Shown: positions 13,116-25,822 of the stretch, one piece after another
Layout of the letters: each line of letters starts with the position of its first letter
Position numbering within the stretch: the stretch's first letter is position 1
Assembly (NCBI GenBank): GCA_036785375.1
Contig: JAWMAR010000462.1
Location: 558,001-622,000 of the forward strand
DNA: 64,000 nucleotides
Origin: Leucoraja ocellata
Taxonomy: Eukaryota
Direction of reading: 5' to 3'
Made by a program: the position numbers and the translations under genes
The notes under the pieces: model-generated
Databases searched by the model: none
Told to the model about the DNA's origin: nothing
What the model saw: only the letters and a program-made list of their open reading frames with translations

Positions 13116-14845
13116 GCATTTAAAATCCTAGCATTTAAAAATAAATAAATAAAAATTTAAAAATAAATTGGATAGTTATAGGGACGGGAAAGGAATGGAG
13201 GGTTATGGTCTGAACGCAGTTATATGGGACTAGGGGAGAATACGTGTTCGGCACGGACAAGAAGGGTCGAGATGGCCTGTTTCCGTGCTGTAATTGTTAT
13301 ATGGTTATATGGTCATCAACATTTCATTGGTGACAGGCTGTATGCGAAACCAACGTGGGTGTGAAGGCGCCACAGCCTCATTATAAAAGATAATTCTTTA
13401 ATGCAGAAAGATTTTTTAAATTAGAAGATAAAGTCATCATCAGTTGCCAAAACCCAACAACATACAACTGTTGTATTTGAGAATTGATTATTTACAGTTA
13501 TTTACATTCTTATGATGTGAGGGGTTTTATTTTCCTCTGCTTTCCTCCTACCAGAACAGCTTTCTTTTCTTTTTTTTACTGTCTAGGTTGCAAATTGCAG
13601 ACATTACCTACAATAAAAGGAGAAAGGAAAATATGAACATGTAACTAATGTTGGTTTATATCCTGGCATGGTATGTGTATCTGCAGATTTGTGTTTTTAT
13701 AGACTGTATTTAATAGTTCTTTCTATAGCCAACCTATTCCCTGAGCAACTGTTTTAACAAAGGTCAAACTAGTCCTGAGCTATTTTAACGCAAGCTTGAT
13801 GCCAACATAACTTACTGAAAATAGCACATTTTGGCCAACAATATTTCACAACTACAGTCGGTTATGTTTGAATTGTGAGAACAATAATAAAAGATTTTGG
13901 GGGGGAAATGATGATGTCATTGCAACTGACCCCAGCAGAAGACAATGAAATTGTATTAGAGAAACAAATACAAATCATAGCCACCAGTGAATTATTACCA
14001 TGTCTCAAATTAAAATGTTTCACATCAGACAGCGTGATAAATTAATTATTTCACCTTGATCAAAAAAGTATTTTGAATTGATAAACAGCCACATGTATAA
14101 TAGCTAATTCATTACTCTCAATAAACTGCTGGAAAACACAGCAACACAAGGAAAGTAGCATGTGCGGAGAGAAAAGGATAGTCGATGTTTCAGATTGAGA
14201 CTGCATCAATATTCTAATGTAAGGTTTGAACCTAGAAACTCAACTATCCCTTTGACTCCACAGATGCTGCTTTGACGCACTGAGTCAGTTTTTACTCGAT
14301 TCCACATATGCAATTGCTTGTACCCAGATAAATTCTGGTACTCTAAAGAATGCAGTGAGGCCATTAAAAAAATGAAATATCAAGATATGATTTAAATTTA
14401 AATTGTTTGATTTAGCAATGTTACTGTTCGATTCACCTCCACCCCAATAAGGCCATTGGACTTTGTCTGTGGAACTGACAATGCTGAGAACCATATTCTT
14501 CACTCTGTATCTTCCCCATTGCTCTATCTGCTGTGCTTGAGTTTGAACTGATTATATCTAAGTATGTTATATATGATCTGTTAGATAGCATGCAAAACAA
14601 AGCTTTTCACTGTACCTTAGTAATAATGAACCTGAACTTAACTTGAAGCTGTAAGCAAAGCTGTCAATAATCCAGAATTGCAAAGTGACCCCATTAGTTT
14701 GCAGCATTTACTGTAGCACAAAAACATACCACTGACAAGCCGAACAATGGTAATTAATCCAGTGTGAGCCAATGTGAAAATATGTGAACTAATAACTTGC
14801 TCATTGATGTTTAAGAAGGAACTGCAGATGCTGGAAAAATCGAAG

Positions 14846-15028
14846 GTAGACAAAAATGCTGGAGAAACTCAGCAGGTGAGGCATCATCTATGTAGTGAAG
14901 GAATAGGTGACGTTTTGGGTCGAGACCCTTCTTCAGACTGAAGAAGGATCTCGACCCGAAACGTCACCTATTCCTTCGCTCCATCGATGCTGCCTCACCT
15001 GCTGAATTTCTCCAGTATTTTAGTCTAC
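14846..15028. mobile_element. Palindromic Penelope-derived terminal-repeat element with two opposed minimal hammerhead motifs
   Basis: ~91-bp imperfect inverted arms centred on 14937 (cag-a-ctg). The plus arm reads CTGAAGA-aggatctcgaccc-GAAACGTC and the minus arm CTGAAGA-agggtctcgaccc-AAAACGTC. Confidence 0.8.
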
Positions 15029-15449
15029 TAGCTCAATGATTGTCAGTTTTGCATTTTCACTGGAACCATCCTCTTCTTCTTGTGAATGAAACATAAACCA
15101 AATCTTAAGCCGGGTGTTGAGCAGCCAGGTTGTTGTCTCTGCTTCAATGAAAAACCATGCAGCTCCAGAACCCATTACACCCTTTGTTTAAATGTGGACA
15201 GAGAAGCTGACTTTCATTGAAATGTGAGAGGAAAGGGGAAGAATGATTCAAGGTTTCAAGGTCAGTTTATTGTCACATGTACCAATTAAGGTACAGTGAA
15301 ATTCATATCGATATCAACATTTATCTAAGGAACCCTGTAGCGAATAGGGATCAGGTGGAAAATATTCTATTTAATGTGATGTATTTTGTACACTGAGAAT
15401 CCTAAGTAATGTGTTGTAGTACCAATGATTCTAACTGTTGGTAGCTAAT

Positions 15450-16110
15450 CATCTCGGCCCCAGAACATCAATGCAGAAGTTCAAAACATTGTTCTGACTT
15501 AAACATCTCCAGCTTTTCATAGAGTTAACTTATAAGGTAAGAACTGAGGATATTCATTGATGACCACAAAAAACACAGATCATATTAGCATCTAGCAAAG
15601 GTAGGTACAAATGCCAAGCCACCATCTCCAGAGAGAATCTAACACATGACATTCAATGGCATTGCCACCAATTCACTGACTAGAAACGCACCTAGATCAC
15701 CATCTAAAATACAGTGGTTCTAAGTGTGGGCCATATATTGGTTTTTAAATGTTGAGAGGCTCACCTTTCAACTCCTAAATGCCCTTCGCTGTCAATATGG
15801 AACAAGTCAAGAATCCAGTGAATAATTTTGTTCACTTCTCCAGCTGAGTACAGAACGAGCAACATTCAAAAAACTTGCTGTCCAGGGGAAAGCAGTCAAT
15901 TTGACTAACATCCTTTTCAACACCCTAACAATCTCCCCATTCACCACAGGTGCAATAGTCCTCTAGTGCGTACCATCTATAAAATGCAATGTAGTTATGT
16001 TTCGGTGACTGCATGTCCCAAATTTACAACCTCCACCAGTAAGGTCATTAAACACATGAAAACACCACCCACTGCAGGTTTTGAGTCACACGCCATCCTG
16101 ACTTAGAAAC
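15450..16110 (+). mobile_element. Old CR1/L2-group LINE remnant
   Basis: Degenerate PQNINAEV and IFIDD motifs and a cacgccatcctgacttagaa-type 3' region. Heavily decayed. Confidence 0.4.
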
Positions 16111-16249
16111 GTATAACCATTCCTGAAATTAATTATGTTTGTGTACCTGACATCATTTCTGCATCAAACATGTATCGAGTTGCATCATTATTGTGCAAAA
16201 TTCCTAGCAGAGCATTGCAGGGAAGATCAGAGCAAGTAATTTAGAAAAC

Positions 16250-16858
16250 AACTAATCAAGAATCTATCTATACTGCCTTAAAAATATCCACTGACTTGGC
16301 CTCCGCAGCCTGCTTTACCGAAGAATTCTACAGATTCACCACCCTTTGACTAAAAAAATATCTTCTCATCTCCTTCCCAAAATTGCTTCCAATATTCCAA
16401 ATGTGGCCTTACCAGTGCCTTATAGAGCTTCAGCATTACATCCTTATTTTTGTATACCTCTTGAAATAAATGCTAGCATTGCGTTTGCTTTCTTTACTAC
16501 TGAGTCGACTTGCAGATTAACTTTTTGGGAATCCTGCACCAGCACCCAAGTCCCTTTGCACCCTCCGATTTCTGGAATCTCCCCGCTTAGAAAATAGACT
16601 ATGCCTTTATTTCTACTTCCAAAATGCATGACTCCACACTTTGCTGCACTATATCCCATCTGCCATTTCTCTGTCCACTCTTCGAACCTGCCCAAGTCCT
16701 TTTGCATAGTCCCTGCTTTCTCTACACTACCTGCCCTTCCACCTATTTTCGTATCTTCCGCAAACTTGGCCACAATACCTTCAATCCCCTTGTCCAAATC
16801 ATTAATATATAACGTGAAGAGTAGCGGCCCCCGCACCGACCGCTGCGGAACTCCAAGG
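16250..16858 (-). mobile_element. CR1 LINE RT fragment directly after COL27A1 exon 2
   Basis: GVPQRSVRGPLLFTLYINDLDKGIEGIVAKFAEDTKIGG...KKANAMLAFISRGI. Confidence 0.88.
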
Positions 16859-16981
16859 TAAAGAAGGTAAAGAATTTGTAAAATTGATTTTATTTCCCTC
16901 CCCCTAAATGCCTCAATATGTCCTGCACTTTTTGGTTTCATTTCAGATCTGCCGTTTTTGCATGAATGAAATACTTCTTAC

Positions 16982-17052
16982 CTTCAGGCAGTACTTGTCC
17001 AAGTCCCAGGCAACAAGTACAGTACAATACAGCACAGAGGATTAGGGCTCTC
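16982..17052 (-). CDS. COL27A1: COL27A1 exon 2 (71 bp), signal peptide hydrophobic core
   Basis: Pyrimidine tract ...ttttctaatctaatccttag, then G AGA GCC CTA ATC CTC ... CCT GAA G, then donor gtaaga. Encodes RALILCAVLYCTCCLGLGQVLPE. Phase 2 in and phase 1 out, joining exon 3 as G|AT (Asp) in frame. Confidence 0.93.
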
Positions 17053-18554
17053 CTAAGGATTAGATTAGAAAAGATTGATAGAATATATTAGAAACTTTGA
17101 AAAATAAACTACATTTATCAATTCTCATTATAAGTCATGTCAGTGCATTAGTGTTACATTCCTTTGGATATTTTTACCCCTAACAAGATATAATCAACTA
17201 AGGCAGGCCCCCAATTCTAGAATAACTACCAGTAAAAAAAAATACATTCCTAAATGTTACTGAATCAGTTCAGAGTTTTAACACAATCAACATAGGTAAA
17301 AATTGATTCCATGTGTCGGTTATGTTTTATGACATTAATATATAATTCTCATTTCTTAATTTAGAAACATATTTTGCAACTGTCCTTTCTTGCATATTTA
17401 CTCTGTGATGAATTTCATTGACATAAGCTCTCAGTCACCATTTTTCATAAACAAAAAAGTTGAATTAATTTTGAAGTCTCATTTAAGAACAGAAATAGTG
17501 TTCTGGAACCATAATTAGGACTGGAACAGGGACTTTTTAGGTTGATGAAATGGGTAGCACATTGATACATTTCTGAAGATTAGTAATATATATTAGCATT
17601 GTTATCAAAAATACAAATTTCTATGGTCTCCACTGGTATTTAATAAGTAGCTCATGCCTATCTTATACTTGCAGTGGTTCCTTAAAATTAACAGACCCAG
17701 GCAAGAACTCATGCAGAACTTGTGATGCACTATCATTAACAGGGATTTTATGGTTATGGATAATAAAGCAAAGGAGAAGGGAGGTTATTTTTGAAGAATT
17801 TAATTTCAAAATTATTTAAAGCATTTGTATTTATAATACTTTCTCTTTTTTTTAATTAAACATTGTTTGATTTATGATGAAGATATTAGTTTTCACAATT
17901 TTAACAGCCAGAAAATGCAGGGCTGGCCTTTGAAAGCTGTTCAAGTTTTCCAAGGTGTTTTGGGGCTGAGATGTCCTCTGAGCATCATTGAGGTCCTACC
18001 ACAGCCCATGTCTTGGCACTTCATTCTGAGGCACTTTGCATTAGCAAGATAGGCTCTCACCGACACTTGGTTACTGCCGGACCAAGGAAATTGCAGTCAG
18101 TGGTATGACCACTGAATTTTGAAGTGAATCAAAAACTTGCCAAGAAATAAGGTATGTTTCTAGTATCAACCCATTTAATCTTAACATCTTCAAGTTCTCA
18201 ACCCTGCACACATTTTTTATGCATTTGGTCTGGTGCCTAAATAAATTTGAAGACCTCTTTTAAATAATTCATAATTCTTTGTTCTGAGGAATATGCCAGC
18301 TTCTTCAGTCTCGCCAAATAACTAATCTCTTTCATGCTCAGGGCCATTTCACTAGATCCTTTCTGTACCTTCACGAAGGGCTTTCTTTATATTATTTCCG
18401 ATTGTGCCATGACTAGAAATAGATTTGAATTCTGTAACAGCAGTAGTCAAACCTGTGTGCATTGTGGAAGTTCAACATAAATATTTTCCTTTCAAAACTT
18501 GTGTCAGCTTTCCATATTTAATTCTCCAACATATCAGAACAGCTTAGGAAATAT

Positions 18555-18955
18555 ATTGTTCCTCGGTGGCAACTGGAGCCTCAGCGGGAACCTCGGCGGT
18601 GGCGGTGGGGCCTCGCGATTGACCCGCGATCAGCAGTCGATGAGCGTGAGGGGGGGGAGGGGAAGACAAGGGGACGCGGCGTGTCGGGGACCACCGTGAA
18701 GAACAATGGAGGACTTGACGTGGAGGGACGGTGGGAGAACAAAGGGGGACCCAGTGTGGGGGGCACTTGTTTTAGAATCCGCTGCCCAAGGGATAAGGCT
18801 GCGTTTGTTTGTCTGTTCGTTCCGGTTAAAGCGCTGTGCACACTTTTAAGTTCATTTTAATTTCAAGTTTTCGTGTACCTTGTTTTGTGTTATGACTGTT
18901 GACAGACCAATTTCCCTCCAGAGATGAATAAAGTTCTATCTTATCGTACCGTATT
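18555..18955 (+). mobile_element. Unclassified GC-rich retro-element with LINE-like 3' end
   Basis: CpG-rich body, then aatttccctccagagatgaataaagttctatcttatcgtaccgtat tail. Confidence 0.5.
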
Positions 18956-20274
18956 TCAATCTCTATTTCAACCTATCCTGCCACGCAAAGATTTACAGAT
19001 ATCCATACATACAACGGTTTTAGATTCTTTTATCCCCTTTACATTGCACCAATTTATACCGACTTTCTTCACTTTCTCTTGCAAAATTGATCACTTCACA
19101 CATCTATACATCAAGCTTCTATCTATATTCTGGGATTACTTTTATTTTCAAATTTACAAATTATAAATTGGCCTGAATATATCAAGTAATGCTCAATCCT
19201 TGCGGACCATTGTCTACCTTCCTCCAACCTGAAAAATAACTGCTCACTGCGATTCAGTTTCTTGTCATTAAGGTAATTTTATGCTGCCCTTTCATTCCAC
19301 TGGATTCACCATTGCATTACCTGCATCGACCCTTTCTGTTACCATGTCAAAGAAATCAAGTTAATTAATCAAGATTTCTAGGTTTCATCCACTAATTCTC
19401 TTTCTCATCTCTACAAAATTTACTTGTGATAACACGTCTTTCATACAGATTGAATTTCCTGTAATGGTCACACTTTTTTCTTGTAGTTTTTAAGTTAGTT
19501 GGAAAAAAACGAATTAAATCTGGAAATGCAAAGGAAGGCACTGAAGGAGGTTTACTGACAGTTTGGATGTGTGCCAGATCAGTCCAATGGGACTTCTAAG
19601 AGTTTTATTCCATCAATTTATTTTTTAGTTTGTCCCACTTGGTGGGGGAGTTGAAGTCCAGACAGATGTTGCAGCTGCACATTTCAAGCATTTTGAATAG
19701 ACAACAGAAAATACAAATCATGACCAACTGCCATTGTGGGTGCTCTGCGAAGTTGCAAGAAATGCTTGAAATTGATCACAAATACTTATCCAAATTTTTA
19801 TTTTTCAAATTGGAGAAGAAAGTTTTTTGTAATTTTTAGTATGCAGTTAACAAAGTGGACCATTTATGTAAAAAAGATGAACTAAACAAATAAACAAAAA
19901 AATCATGGATGAGAAAGGATAAGAGGAAAATGACAAAATGCAAGCAAATGGAGCTAGCTTACATGGGGCATTTTAGTCGGCATGGGCAGGTTGTGCCAAA
20001 GAGTGTTTCTGTGCTATATGGCTCTGCAACTCTCTATGACTGTGAGTTTCATTATCAAACCTTTAGAAAACAAAAGTTCATATGCATATCAAATCCAGAA
20101 AAAATGAATGACTATTCACTGGTCAAATCTGGACCTTTTATACTACCTGTATTGGAATGAGAAGGATAACATAGAGATATCTCGATTTTGTGACATCAGA
20201 TCACTTCTACTGACTCATGGCAATAGTTATGGAAATGTAATCTGAAGAAGACAAGGAAGACTGGGAGAATGTAA

Positions 20275-21910
20275 AAATAAGGAACTGCAGTTGTTGGTTT
20301 ACCAAAAAAGACACAAAGTGCTGAAGTAACTTAGCATGTCTGGAGAACATGGATAGGTGGCGTTTTGGGTCAGGACTAGTTGTGGGGGAGGGGGAGGGAA
20401 AGAAAGCTGGAAGAAAGGAGCAGCAAGCCAAAGTCTGATAAGAGGTGGATACAGGTGAGGGGAGCTTTTGATAGGCAGATGGGTGGATAAAGGCCAGAAA
20501 TGAAAAGATAGGTCTGAGACAAAAGTATTTAAGAGATGTGAACTGAGGAAGGAATGTAAGTGGATAGAGAGGAAGAGAGAGGAGAAATTGGTGTGAATCC
20601 AGGTGGTGTATAGGGATGAGGGGAGGGGGTATAGAAAGGTGTGGTGGGGGGGAAAGGGGGGAGGGAGGGGAGTTTTGTAGTAACCTAAAATTGGAAAATT
20701 CAATGTTCATACCATTGGGTTGTAAGCTACCCAAGTGGAATAGGAGGTGCTGTTCCCCCAGTTTGCATGTGGTCTCAATCTGGCAATGGAGTGGCCCAAG
20801 ACAGAAAGGTCAGTATGGGAATGAGAAGAGAACTTAAAATGGTTATCAACCGGGTAATCCAATAGTACTTGGCGGACCGAACACAAGTGTTCGGCAACAT
20901 GGTTGCCAAGTCTGTGTTTGTTCTCGCCAATGTAGAGGAAGCAACATCGGGTACACGGGATGCAGTAGTTGTGGTTAGAGGAGGCGCACATGAACCACTG
21001 TCTCACCTGGAAGGAATGTTGACATCCCTGGATGAATATGAGGAAGGAAGTAGAGGGATGACTGTTACATCTTCTGCAGTTGCTGGGGAAAGTATCTGGA
21101 GAGGGGGTGACTTGGATGGGAACAGATGAGTGAACCAAGGAGTTGCAGAGGGAGTAGTCTCTACGGAAGGCAGAAAGGGCTGGGGATGGGAAGACATGAC
21201 ATGGTGAGATCACGTTTGAGGTGACAGATGTGTTGGAAGATGATGTGTTGGATGTAGTGGCTGGTGGGGTAAAAGGCGAGAACCAGGGGAACTTTATCCT
21301 TATTCTGCCTGGAGTGAGGAGAAGTGAGAGCAACTACGGGACACAGAGGAGACCCAGGTGAGGAATCCATCTATGACTGCAGGGGGGAAACCACATTTAC
21401 TAAAGACAGGGGACATTTTGGATGTCCCAGAATAAAAAGCCTCATCTTGGGAGCAGTTGCAGTGGAGACAGATAAATTGAGAGTAGGGGATAGTGTCTTC
21501 GCAAGAGGCAGGGTGGGAGGAAGTGTAGTCCAGATAACTACGGGAGTTTGTGCGTTAGACGCAAGTCGGTAGTCTATCCCGTGATGGTGAGAAAGATCAA
21601 GAAAGGGGAGAGGGGTTCAGAGTCCACGTGAATTTATACGGCTGGGTGGAAGTTAGTGGCGAAGTTAATGAATCAACGTGTTCTGCACGGTTGCAGGAGG
21701 CAGCCCCGATGCAGTGATCAATGAGGTTGGAGAAAGAGTGGAGTATGGTGTCAGTTTACATTTGGAACCAGGACTGTTCAATGTAAAAGGTCGGCATAGC
21801 TGGGGCCCATGTGAGTGCCCACAGCTGCACCTTCAACTTGAAGAAAGTGAGAAGAGTCAAAAGAGCAATTGCTGGTCGCTTGGCCAAGCTCTGCCAGGCA
21901 GAGGAGCGTG
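20275..21910 (-). mobile_element. Penelope-like element remnant (RT C-terminus, GIY-YIG endonuclease, pLTR), frameshifted
   Basis: Minus-strand translations include QVEGAAVGTHMGPSYAD (PLE RT motif, ~21840-21790), NKDKVPLVLAFYPT, and YCIPCTRCCFLYIGENKHRLGNHVAEHL (GIY-YIG). A pLTR-type tail lies at 20280-20700. Confidence 0.88.
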
Positions 21911-22699
21911 TTAGTCGATGGAAATTGATTGGGATGATAGAATCATGGTTCAATTACTGGTCCAAGTATTTAGAGGCATAGTCTAACGATCCAAAGATGT
22001 GAGTTTAAGTGCATTAAAACACCAATGGAATGTAAATTTGACGAATTAAATAATTCAGGTCTTTAAAACAAATAATCGCAGTAATTATATAATGGTTCAA
22101 TCTTCACAAGAGAGAAGATTATTTAATTGTCATATGTCTTGATAACAGAACAATGAAATTCTTAGTTGCAACAGCATGAGACCTGTAACACAATACATAC
22201 AGATAATATATAATAATCAAAAAATCAATAAATTAGTAACCCCAATACTAGTGTAAAAAAACCCCAAGGTCATCCGTATAACCAAAGACAAACAGCTACT
22301 GTATTTATCATTAAAACTTATCTCGTTCACTAATAATCTTTAGGAACGGAAATGTTGCCATGTCACAGGCCAGAAGGCTTTTAGAACACTGGCCTTCATC
22401 AGTAGGGCACTGAGTATAAAAGTTCAGATGTTAGGTTGCAGTTGTACAAGACATTGGTGAGGCCACAATTGGAGCATTGCATTCAGTTTTAATCACCTTG
22501 CTAGAGGAAAGATGCTATTAAGCTGGAAAGAATGCAGAAAAGATTTACGAGGTTGTTGCCAGGGCAGGCTAGGACTTTACATCTGGGAGCAGAGAATACG
22601 GAAGGATGGACTCACAGAATTAAAACTTTCAATCAATATTCAGGCTATTTCAACATGATTCCAAGGCATGTCTTGTCCCAGCGGCAAAAGGAGTGACAG

Positions 22700-23022
22700 C
22701 CCAGTGGTATGAATATTGATTTCCCTCACCTCAAGTAGCCTCGGCATTCCCTCTATCTCTCTATGCCTCCCCCACCCAAGTCGCACTAGCTTCTCATTTT
22801 CACCCTACAAACAGCTTACAATGGCCCGTTTCCTTTATCATTGCTACTTTTTTGCATATCTTTCATTCATTATTCTTTATCTCTCCACATCACCGTCTAG
22901 ATCTCTCGTTTCCCTTGTCCCTAACCAGTCTGAAGAAGGGTCTCAACCCGAAACGTCACCCATTCATTCTCTCCAGAGATGTTGCCTGTCCCGCTGTTAC
23001 TCCAGCTTTTTGTGTCTATCTA
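22700..23022 (+). mobile_element. Penelope pseudo-LTR fragment with minimal hammerhead core at 22930-22957
   Basis: Pyrimidine-rich body, then CTGAAGAAGGGTCTCAACCCGAAACGTC and the ctccagagatgttgcctg tail shared with the other copies. Confidence 0.7.
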
Positions 23023-24967
23023 TGGGAATAAATAACATAGATTCCAGAACTATGGTCTAAATCCATCAAGATCAATTACGGAAAAGGAAATATCTTGCTG
23101 ATTACTGTCATTATCCATCATCACATGAATCAGTACTGCTTCACATTCATCAACAGTCTTTGTTTTTCCAGGGCGAGACCTCATTTCAGCCTTGATCGAA
23201 ATATGGACAAAAAAGCTGTTCTTCAGGGATGAGATGAAAATCGTGATATCAAGGTGACAGCTGAGCAAATACAGTATTAATGAGCTCTGGCAAAACTGGT
23301 GTCAATGGGAATCACTGAGAGGTAGATATTAGATAGATAGCACACCAAAGAAAATTTCACTGACCTTATTGACAGTCAGATTTTGATCCAAAACATGCCA
23401 TCTGATTCACAAGTAAGTGCCACTATTAAACCGTGGCTGAAACCTGTTTTTAATCTATCATTTTGAATAAAACATGAAAATAGCAATGTGGTTTTCACAA
23501 AAAGCCAAGAGGTGCATTTACCCTCACAGGGCCAAAGTTTAGTTTAGTTTAGCAGATCCACTTCTGGGACCAGCACGCATAGTCGCCTGGCTTGTGCGCC
23601 ATCTTAGGTTGCACAGAAGAATGATTAAAACTAAAATGTCTTAAATTTTCATACGGCATAAATCCGCAAAAAACAAGAAAGTACTGGTAAAAATAACTAA
23701 ATATAATTCTGACCAATACCAATTAGCACTTATGAATGTAACAATGGCTTCAGTCTGTTGGTGCCTCTTTTGCTCTCAAATCCGGTGATATTAAATGTAT
23801 CGGCAGGAGTAGTTTAACAAACTGTATCATCTGCAACTACAGAAATGGTGTTTTAAATCACTTGATTAATTAATAGCAATGGGTCTAGTGTCCATACTTT
23901 TGGAACATTACCCCACATTTTCTTTAGTAAAGACCAATTGAGAAATGGCATGTGGCATCTTTGCCATGCTCTCTGCCACCATATGCATATCTTTTACCCC
24001 ATCTCATACTACCAGTTTATTATTTGCATACTAATAGAAAACTTACGATTCCTTTTATGTAGACTTCCAAACTAGCTCCATGCTCTTTATATTTACTTAC
24101 ATTCAGATCTTTCTCTATTTGTCATCTTTCTTTATTTGTCATCACCTGCCTATGCTTCTACTCCCTGCTTACAAGCAGAAAATGAAATGGGAGGATCCAG
24201 TACAGAAATTCATGCATTGATCTTTTTACAGATCTTCTCTCTCCTGTCTTTTTCATGGATCTTTTTCATCTAGGTTCCAAGACATTACACTGTAAACTTC
24301 ACACACAATCATATAACTATGGAGACCTCTAAAGTGCAAATAACAAATCACAGTTCCAAAATTCAGAACAGTCAAGTTTCTACTCCCTCCCTCCCTCCCT
24401 GTCCCACTTAATTTCTAACAGAACTTCCTGCAAAGTTTGGACAATGTCTATCAAGAAATAATTTCACAGGGTCAGTCAAGAAATCATTTCTGAACCTGCA
24501 GGACATTGCTAGCTTGATTTATCTACTCTTCAACTATACAAAATTGCTTGCATCTCAGAACTACATACACATATAGTTAAAGACCCCCACCTCCTCCTAC
24601 AATTGGTTTATCTTCAAAATACAAACAGCCTTCTACTAAAGGAAGTTAAGCCATGCAGATGGGCACCTTTAGATTAAATATGAAAATGGGAAGGAAGGTT
24701 TCTCATTATCCATCTCTGCTTATTTAACCACTTCCCGTTTCCAATTCTGGGTGGTGCTTTATGAATTCTGTAAGGGTGGATTTCCGTAGCTCGAGCAGCC
24801 GCAACATGGGGGTCACCTGTTTTGTTTTAAGGCAATGAGAGACAAAAAGTTCAAGTTACTGAGGGAGAAAAATATGAAAAACAGGTCCCTTATGTCAGAA
24901 GGAAAGACCACAAATAATGCTTGAAAAGCAATGATTAAGATGAAGAAGGGGCTGCTTGCAGTGTTAA

Positions 24968-25202
24968 GCAGCTGTCCCACTTTCACGACCTAATTCACAA
25001 CCTTTTTTACTTGTGGATATTTTTCATCATGCTAGATAAAAGCCCCAGCGTATTTGATGCCATGAGGACCTATGACTAGCATCATGGCCTGCTACGACCT
25101 ACTTACGACCTCCTACAACCTCGCGACGATCATGCTGTGAGTATGAGTCAAGGGCAAACTCGGCAGAGGTCGTGACTTAGGTCGTGAAAGTGGGACAGGC
25201 CC
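24968..25202. mobile_element. PIF/Harbinger-like MITE
   Basis: TIRs ctgtcccactttcacgacctaa ... ttaggtcgtgaaagtgggacag with T/A-rich flanks and internal (c)tacgacc repeats. Confidence 0.7.
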
Positions 25203-25339
25203 TTTAGGATGCAAGAAGGCTGTAAAAGGAAAATCAAATTGCTGATTCAGAGTGAATGACTGTACAATAGAAACAGCATGTATGATTCTTGGAAGTTTTA
25301 TAACTGATGAATTGTAACCCAAAATATTGTTAGAACATT

Positions 25340-25822
25340 GTTGTCAAGCTGGAAAGGGCGCAGAAATTTATGAGGATTTTACCAGGACTCGAGAGCCTGA
25401 GTTATAGGGAGAGGTTGAGCTGGCTAGGATTTTACTCCTTGGAATGCAGGCGGATGAGGGGTGATCTTATACAGACGTACAAAATTAAGAAAAGAAATGA
25501 TCGGGTAAATACAGTCTTTTGCCTCGAGTAGGGAAATTGAGAACCAGAGGTCATAGGTTTAAGGCACGGGGGGAAAGATTTAATAGGAACCTGGGGGGTA
25601 ACTTTTTTACACAAAGATTGGCTGGTGCATGGAACCAGCTGCCAGAGGAGGTAGCTGAGGCAGATACTTTCGCGTTTAAGAAACATTTAGACAGGTGCAT
25701 GGATATGATAGGTTTTGAGGGATATGGGCCAAACACAGGCAGGGTGGGACTAGTGTATATGGGGCATGTTGGTCAGGGTGGTCAAGTTGGGCCAAAGGGC
25801 CTGTTTCCACACTGTATGACTA
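25340..25822 (+). mobile_element. CR1 LINE 3' end
   Basis: RTRGHRFKARGERFNRNLGGNFFTQRLAGAWNQLPEEV plus 3' UTR. Confidence 0.88.

Noticed and set aside
13942-13954. Inverted SOX half-sites ACAAT-gaa-ATTGT
   Set aside because: The spacing is tighter than the usual SOXE dimer arrangement, and such motifs arise by chance in AT-rich DNA.
23050-23268. Minus-strand 72-aa ORF behind an acceptor-like tttgctcag
   Set aside because: No homology that I recognise, no clear donor, and inclusion would disrupt the signal peptide.
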